Origin: a virus
Taxonomy: Duplodnaviria > Caudoviricetes
Strand: one strand, 5' to 3'
Virus record (IMG/VR): IMGVR_UViG_3300027759_003844
Location: 32,001 to 96,000 of that record
Length of the DNA: 64,000 bases
This document shows positions 59,194 through 64,000 of this stretch, piece by piece. Position 1 is the first letter of the stretch; every line of letters begins with the position of its first letter. Both the position numbers and the translations under genes were made by a program. The notes under the pieces were generated by a model. The model saw only the letters and a list, made by a program, of their open reading frames with translations. It had not been told where the DNA came from and ran no database searches.

Positions 59194-60240
59194 TTAAAGA
59201 GTGCGCAGTTTGACATTCTTTGCAAGAACATAAGAAGCGAGGTTCTCAATGTTGTTTGCAACACGCATAAACTGTGTGTACTCAATAGTGTCAGTCTTTG
59301 GTTGGAACTGACGGTAGAGGGTGATGTCACGATGGATACCAATAACTCTATTGTTTGGGAATGTTAATTCAACATAACCATGTGAACCAGCAGCGGATGA
59401 ATAGTCACCCGAAACTGTTTCTGGCATGAGTGGAATTTCTACCAATGGAATACCATAAGGAGAAAGACCAGTAGCACCTGGACCACCGTTTCCACGGATT
59501 GAACCATTCAAGAATGCTTGCTCACCATATGTTGATGCTGGGGCTGGTGCTCCAGATGTTGCAGCTGTTGCCGAGTTAGGATTCTGCAAGCTGAAAGCTG
59601 TGTCTTGCACAACTGCCGAGCCTGTGAAGAATCGCAATTCGTTACGGCGTTGCAAATACTTGCTTGGCATGTTACGAAGAACTCTGTCGTAGGTTGCACG
59701 GGAAACATTGTTTCCTGCTTCATCAACAACAGTTGCACCTGCAAGAGCTAACTTACTGAAACCATCAAGAGCCTTCAAAAGACCATTGTTTGATGATGTG
59801 TTGCCATTAATCAAAAGATCGTCAAGATCGTTTGCTGTTTGGCGAGCCATCATTTGTGCAAGGTGATCTTCTAGCGAAGCACCCTCAATGTTGTCCTCAA
59901 GCGACTCTGTGCTCAATTCCCAATCCAAACGAAGCTTCACGCTGTTCAACGAAACTTTAGAAAAAGTTACCGCTGCGTTTGAACCAGTATCACTGGCTTC
60001 TGTTGCTTTTGCCATAATTCTTGTACCGACTGACACCTTGTCAATGTCAACCTGAGGTGTACGCATGCGCACAACTCTTGAACTCTGCATCAAAGTTGAT
60101 TGGTCTACCACGAAATCAATAAACCGATTTGATTGCTCTGCATTAAGGAGACCACCGATAGAGCTTACACCGCTACCCGAGTTCACCACTGCCGTTGTTA
60201 CTTCATTAGCTTTTGCTAAAATTTCATTTTGTGTTGCCAT
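59194..60240 (-). CDS. Major capsid protein (HK97-fold expected)
   Basis: GGLLNAEQSNRFID, SLEDNIEG, DLLING, YGIPLVEIP; follows protease/scaffold. Confidence 0.9.
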   Translation of the reverse strand: MATQNEILAKANEVTTAVVNSGSGVSSIGGLLNAEQSNRFIDFVVDQSTLMQSSRVVRMRTPQVDIDKVSVGTRIMAKATEASDTGSNAAVTFSKVSLNSVKLRLDWELSTESLEDNIEGASLEDHLAQMMARQTANDLDDLLINGNTSSNNGLLKALDGFSKLALAGATVVDEAGNNVSRATYDRVLRNMPSKYLQRRNELRFFTGSAVVQDTAFSLQNPNSATAATSGAPAPASTYGEQAFLNGSIRGNGGPGATGLSPYGIPLVEIPLMPETVSGDYSSAAGSHGYVELTFPNNRVIGIHRDITLYRQFQPKTDTIEYTQFMRVANNIENLASYVLAKNVKLRTL

Positions 60241-60254
60241 ATGATGATCCTCCC

Positions 60255-62294
60255 TTATGACCTATAACCCAAAGAGCTAATTAACTCTTGTGGTAAATAC
60301 ATATTGCTCCAGAATGACTTTGGTGCGGACTTAACTAGCTCCTCGCCATCTTCATCATCTTCTGGGTCAACGCTTTTTTTGACAGCGCCTGCTTGAGCAA
60401 ACTCCTCAACCTTTGCTGTCTGAACCTCTAAGGCTTTCTCAGTTGTCTCCAACTTCTCAGCCAATTCAATTTTCTGATCCTCAACGCTCTTTGTTACAGC
60501 CTCAATTTTAGCATCAACATTCGCTTCTACTTCCAGTTTAAATGAAGTTGCGAAGTCGGTAAGCTTTTGATCAATGACTGAACCAAGGGCTTCTTTAAGA
60601 ACTTCAATATCCATATCTTGTTCCTCCACTTGTTCAACAATCACATCGGCTTCTACTGAAGCTTCTGTATCCTGCTCGGACTTTTCCAGTCCTAAATTAT
60701 CAATTGGACCTACCCAATTAATAAACTTCTTAATAAATGACATCTTATTATCTGTCAAAGAATTATCCATAGGGTTTACAATATCATATTTTTCTAAATT
60801 GTGCAATCCCTTATCCACATTACTTTCGCAATTACATGATTTTTCTACTTTCACAACACCTCCAGCATTTTCTATATTAGTTTCATCACCATCCTCAACA
60901 AGCAATGGGATTTCAACACCAGATACTTTTAATGATGAAGTTAATTGCCAGTCCCATGTTTGATGCATATCAATTCTTTCTGCAATAAAGTTAGCAACAC
61001 CTTGTTCGTTTTCTGCGTTTGCAACATTAAATGCATTTTTAAGCATTATAATCAAACCATAATTTTTCATATATAAATCAATAGCTAATGCTCTGGAGTC
61101 AGAAGTTGCTGAGTCATCTTCAATGCTAGCCATATCATTTCCTTCATCTAGCGATGGGGGGAATGCTCCCAGTTTTCTAATAAGTTCAGCCATTGGGTCA
61201 ATTGATCCATAAACATCTTCATAAATGTTTGCAAACAATTCGTGGTATTCTATAAAGTCTACACCCTCAACATTCCAATGCGCTCTATGTGCCGATGCAT
61301 AAAATACAACAACATTTGCCATCAAATTTTGAAGTGTTGAAACAAGATTTGTTACTTTAATAATTAACTCTTGATCTTGCATTAGTTCTGAAATGGCATC
61401 CAGCAAATTTTTGTCAAAATTATTTTCTGAAACATTTTTTTTAGTATTTGCATATCTTTCCAATAATCTACGACCTTTTGCTGCAAGAGCAGCAGCATCT
61501 GAGGAATTCTGAGGAACTGGCTCACCCCATGCTGCAGCTGAAAGCGCAAGTCGTGTTGGTTCGCCATTTGGCTTCTTCATTGGACCAGATGGGTTTGTAA
61601 AAAATCTTGTAAGGAATGAACCCTTTCGGCGCATTTTCTCTGGGGTATTGGCGGCTCCACGAACACCTGGCTTTAAGTTTGCGCCTTCTGTTTCTTTGAA
61701 GTGCCTTCTGCCAGCAGCAGTCAATCCGCCCTTTGGATCTTTTAACGGTTGTTTTGCTTTTTCAATCTGGCAATCTAAATCGCAATCAAGAGCGTAATTT
61801 AAATCCCCAACATTGTTCATTTTTACCAAATCAATTACTGCCATAGCATTTGCTGGATTATCTACTAAACTTAACTCACCAAGATCATATTCTTTAATAA
61901 TAGAAATTGGTCTGCCGTTATGCATCTTTCCTTCCATGACTTCTTTCTTTGTAATCCGACCACCAATTGAAAAAGCACGAAGTGTTCCATCAAGAACTTT
62001 TTGCCAAGTAGCCTCGGCACCTTTGGAGATATAAGCTTCCACTTGAATAGCGTTATACTCTTGACCATCCTCGCCTTTTAACTTTAAAGGTTTGTAACTA
62101 ATGGCTTTTCCAACAGCAATAGGGGCATGCATTTCACGAATGTTGCCTTGCCAATTTTTAAAAGCAATCTCTGATGCTGAGAAATCAACAATATCATTAG
62201 ACTTATCAACATTGTCAGCTGTAGCAATACCGCAGACAATGCGCTGCTCTGTCTTGATCATTGTAATTGGAAATGAAAAATTAAGATTGTCCAT
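60255..62294 (-). CDS. Prohead protease fused to DUF6321-like segment, Dps/ferritin-like domain and scaffold
   Basis: NIREMH, FSIGG, ELSLVDNPAN; GGLTAAGR...PTRLAL..W; HWNVEG..F...HELF...D..AE; acidic coiled-coil C-terminus. Confidence 0.85.
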   Translation of the reverse strand: MDNLNFSFPITMIKTEQRIVCGIATADNVDKSNDIVDFSASEIAFKNWQGNIREMHAPIAVGKAISYKPLKLKGEDGQEYNAIQVEAYISKGAEATWQKVLDGTLRAFSIGGRITKKEVMEGKMHNGRPISIIKEYDLGELSLVDNPANAMAVIDLVKMNNVGDLNYALDCDLDCQIEKAKQPLKDPKGGLTAAGRRHFKETEGANLKPGVRGAANTPEKMRRKGSFLTRFFTNPSGPMKKPNGEPTRLALSAAAWGEPVPQNSSDAAALAAKGRRLLERYANTKKNVSENNFDKNLLDAISELMQDQELIIKVTNLVSTLQNLMANVVVFYASAHRAHWNVEGVDFIEYHELFANIYEDVYGSIDPMAELIRKLGAFPPSLDEGNDMASIEDDSATSDSRALAIDLYMKNYGLIIMLKNAFNVANAENEQGVANFIAERIDMHQTWDWQLTSSLKVSGVEIPLLVEDGDETNIENAGGVVKVEKSCNCESNVDKGLHNLEKYDIVNPMDNSLTDNKMSFIKKFINWVGPIDNLGLEKSEQDTEASVEADVIVEQVEEQDMDIEVLKEALGSVIDQKLTDFATSFKLEVEANVDAKIEAVTKSVEDQKIELAEKLETTEKALEVQTAKVEEFAQAGAVKKSVDPEDDEDGEELVKSAPKSFWSNMYLPQELISSLGYRS
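60778..60806 (-). promoter_or_regulatory. Internal sigma70-type promoter within the protease gene
   Basis: TTGCAC-N17-TATTGT with extended TG; in-frame ATG 7 nt downstream at 60770. Confidence 0.5.
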
Positions 62295-62340
62295 AAAGAT
62301 AGTGAACCCTAGTATAATACATTATTATAATGCAAGCAAA

Positions 62341-62616
62341 TTATGCAACTGCATATACAGCAAGTGTAACGCTTGCTGTCATAACTTGAAAAGTTGTAAA
62401 ATCACCTTCAATTTCAACATAACCACCACCGCTATTAATTGCTGGAATGACCACTTGATGTGGACCACCATTCAATTTAACTGTAGCATTTGTTGTAGCA
62501 TGCGTATTATAAAAATGTATGCATTTAGTGTGACCATTAGTAGATACAACGCCAGATGCGCCGCTCGTACTAGTCACTGCTGTGTTGGAAAAAATAATTC
62601 CAGCTCCGTAACCCAT
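62341..62616 (-). CDS. Small hypothetical virion protein
   Basis: 91-aa beta-rich ORF between portal and protease. Confidence 0.6.
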   Translation of the reverse strand: MGYGAGIIFSNTAVTSTSGASGVVSTNGHTKCIHFYNTHATTNATVKLNGGPHQVVIPAINSGGGYVEIEGDFTTFQVMTASVTLAVYAVA

Positions 62617-64000
62617 TAAGAACCTCCTGTGGTATCTTGTGCTTGACCCCTCTCCGCCTGGTCTCCAGAATCTCTTGGGTCACTAGACCCTTGACGAGTA
62701 TCTGATATTGCATTTCTTGGCTGAGAAGTAATATTATTAGAATTTCCTACTGGAGCTCCTGGTCCAGCGGATTCTTTTTTAATCTTTGTTGGGAAAGGTA
62801 ATGGCTCATCACCATCTGTCCTTTCTGGCAATCCGAGTTGTTGACGAACTTCGTTTGGAGCAATAACTTCTGTTCTCAAATATCTATCATTAATTTTTGA
62901 TTGAATGTCTTCATCAATTAAATCAATCCGCTTGAATTGCAATACAACCATGTCGCTAAATTCAGCAATAACACGATTCAATCTTTTTTCAACAACCGAT
63001 TGATCTGGACCAATCACTTGTGTTTTAAATGTCTTATCAGCATCCCTAGACACTGCGAGGTTGGCATTATCATATACACCGACCTTGGGGGCAGGAACTC
63101 TGTTTGCAACAAGAATTTCATCTCGGTTTGATTTACGATATTTATCAAATGATGAATCTTGAACTCCAGCTTCTAATTTTTCAAATCTAATATCACTATC
63201 CGATCCAAGCGATGCTGGGATTGGGATAACCAAGGTTCCATGATTGCGACCCTTGACTTCTTTTCTAAAGTAATTAATCAATTCTTGTTTTGATTTATTA
63301 CTTAACTTTGCACCTTTAAGGATAATGGCATAGCGAGGAATAGCTTTGTTTTCAAAGTAATCAATGTTGTATTCTTTTGCAAACTTATCTCCAACAATTG
63401 CAGCAGCAGCAGATACTGCGGAAGGAATACCGTAATAAGTATTCTTGGGGGAGTAGGTTTTAAAATGAATAATTTCATTTGGGTTTGAATCAGTATTGAT
63501 TGGATCTTCTGTTTCTAAATCTTGAAAGTTTCTAAAGAATACAGCAGAGATTTTATTGCTCTTGGCAATCTGCACATACCCATCTCTTTTACGGCGAACA
63601 CGCATTAGTGTTCCAGGAATATGACCGATATAGCCAATCTCGCCAGCATTGTTTCTGCCGATTTCCATGTATCCGTTTCCAACAGTTAAGACATCTTGCC
63701 AAATCTTAATCATTGTTTCGTTAAAAGTTTCTTCTTTATTAGTATTTTCAAAAATATCTTCAAGTTTTTGTTTCTCATCTTGAATAGCTTTTCGCACTCT
63801 TGCTAATCTTTCTGGTTCCCCAGCGGCTTTCTCTAATCTTCTTTTAGCTTTAATAGTTTCAACAAACTCAAAACCAAGACCAACAGTGTTCATCACTCTT
63901 GCAGCAACTGAGGCATTATGAATAGCACTAGAGTCGTAAAGACCAGCAAGCGTATCTAAATCATATGGAGGGTTTACAATATCATAAAGACTATAACCAT
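62616..64000 (-). CDS. Portal protein (5' end beyond the window end)
   Basis: Frame open from 64000; GNGYMEI.RN..G, NEIIHFK, YYGIP, YFENKAIP, APNEVRQQLGL. Confidence 0.9.
   Translation of the reverse strand, partial: GYSLYDIVNPPYDLDTLAGLYDSSAIHNASVAARVMNTVGLGFEFVETIKAKRRLEKAAGEPERLARVRKAIQDEKQKLEDIFENTNKEETFNETMIKIWQDVLTVGNGYMEIGRNNAGEIGYIGHIPGTLMRVRRKRDGYVQIAKSNKISAVFFRNFQDLETEDPINTDSNPNEIIHFKTYSPKNTYYGIPSAVSAAAAIVGDKFAKEYNIDYFENKAIPRYAIILKGAKLSNKSKQELINYFRKEVKGRNHGTLVIPIPASLGSDSDIRFEKLEAGVQDSSFDKYRKSNRDEILVANRVPAPKVGVYDNANLAVSRDADKTFKTQVIGPDQSVVEKRLNRVIAEFSDMVVLQFKRIDLIDEDIQSKINDRYLRTEVIAPNEVRQQLGLPERTDGDEPLPFPTKIKKESAGPGAPVGNSNNITSQPRNAISDTRQGSSDPRDSGDQAERGQAQDTTGGS

Noticed and set aside
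59194-62294. Cellular encapsulin operon (ferritin-like cargo plus HK97 shell)
   Set aside because: Portal, terminase, connectors and a full tail show this is a phage head module
1-64000. tRNA genes, integrase, or stop-codon reassignment
   Set aside because: No cloverleaf or integrase was recognised by eye; genes tile densely in the standard code and use TAA, TAG and TGA as stops. A tRNA/Rfam scan was not run

Overview
A 64-kb section of a large tailed dsDNA phage with siphovirus-type tail genes (tail tube, frameshifting chaperone, very long tape measure; no sheath seen). Essentially all real genes lie on the minus strand. In transcription order (64000 to 1): portal (cut by the window end), head protease/scaffold, major capsid protein, accessory virion/fibre genes, an AT-richer halogenase + 2OG-Fe(II) oxygenase cassette, a large Thr-rich exported protein, lysis genes, more fibre genes, head-tail connectors, tail genes, a 2871-aa tape measure protein (TMP), tail tip, HNH, regulators (MerR, WhiB), replication/recombination genes (DnaB, primase, SSB, DnaE, RecA, Cas4-like nuclease, two resolvase-like genes), glycosyltransferases, and terminase (cut by the window start). 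A WhiB-like gene and leaderless-type promoters suggest an actinobacterial host (inference). The most unusual observation is that core virion proteins appear to carry enzyme-like cargo. The TMP has a ~950-aa insert, bracketed by a duplicated motif, with two ADP-ribosyltransferase-like domains, and the head protease/scaffold contains a DUF6321-like segment and a Dps (mini-ferritin) domain. All family calls come from motif recognition by eye; no searches were run.
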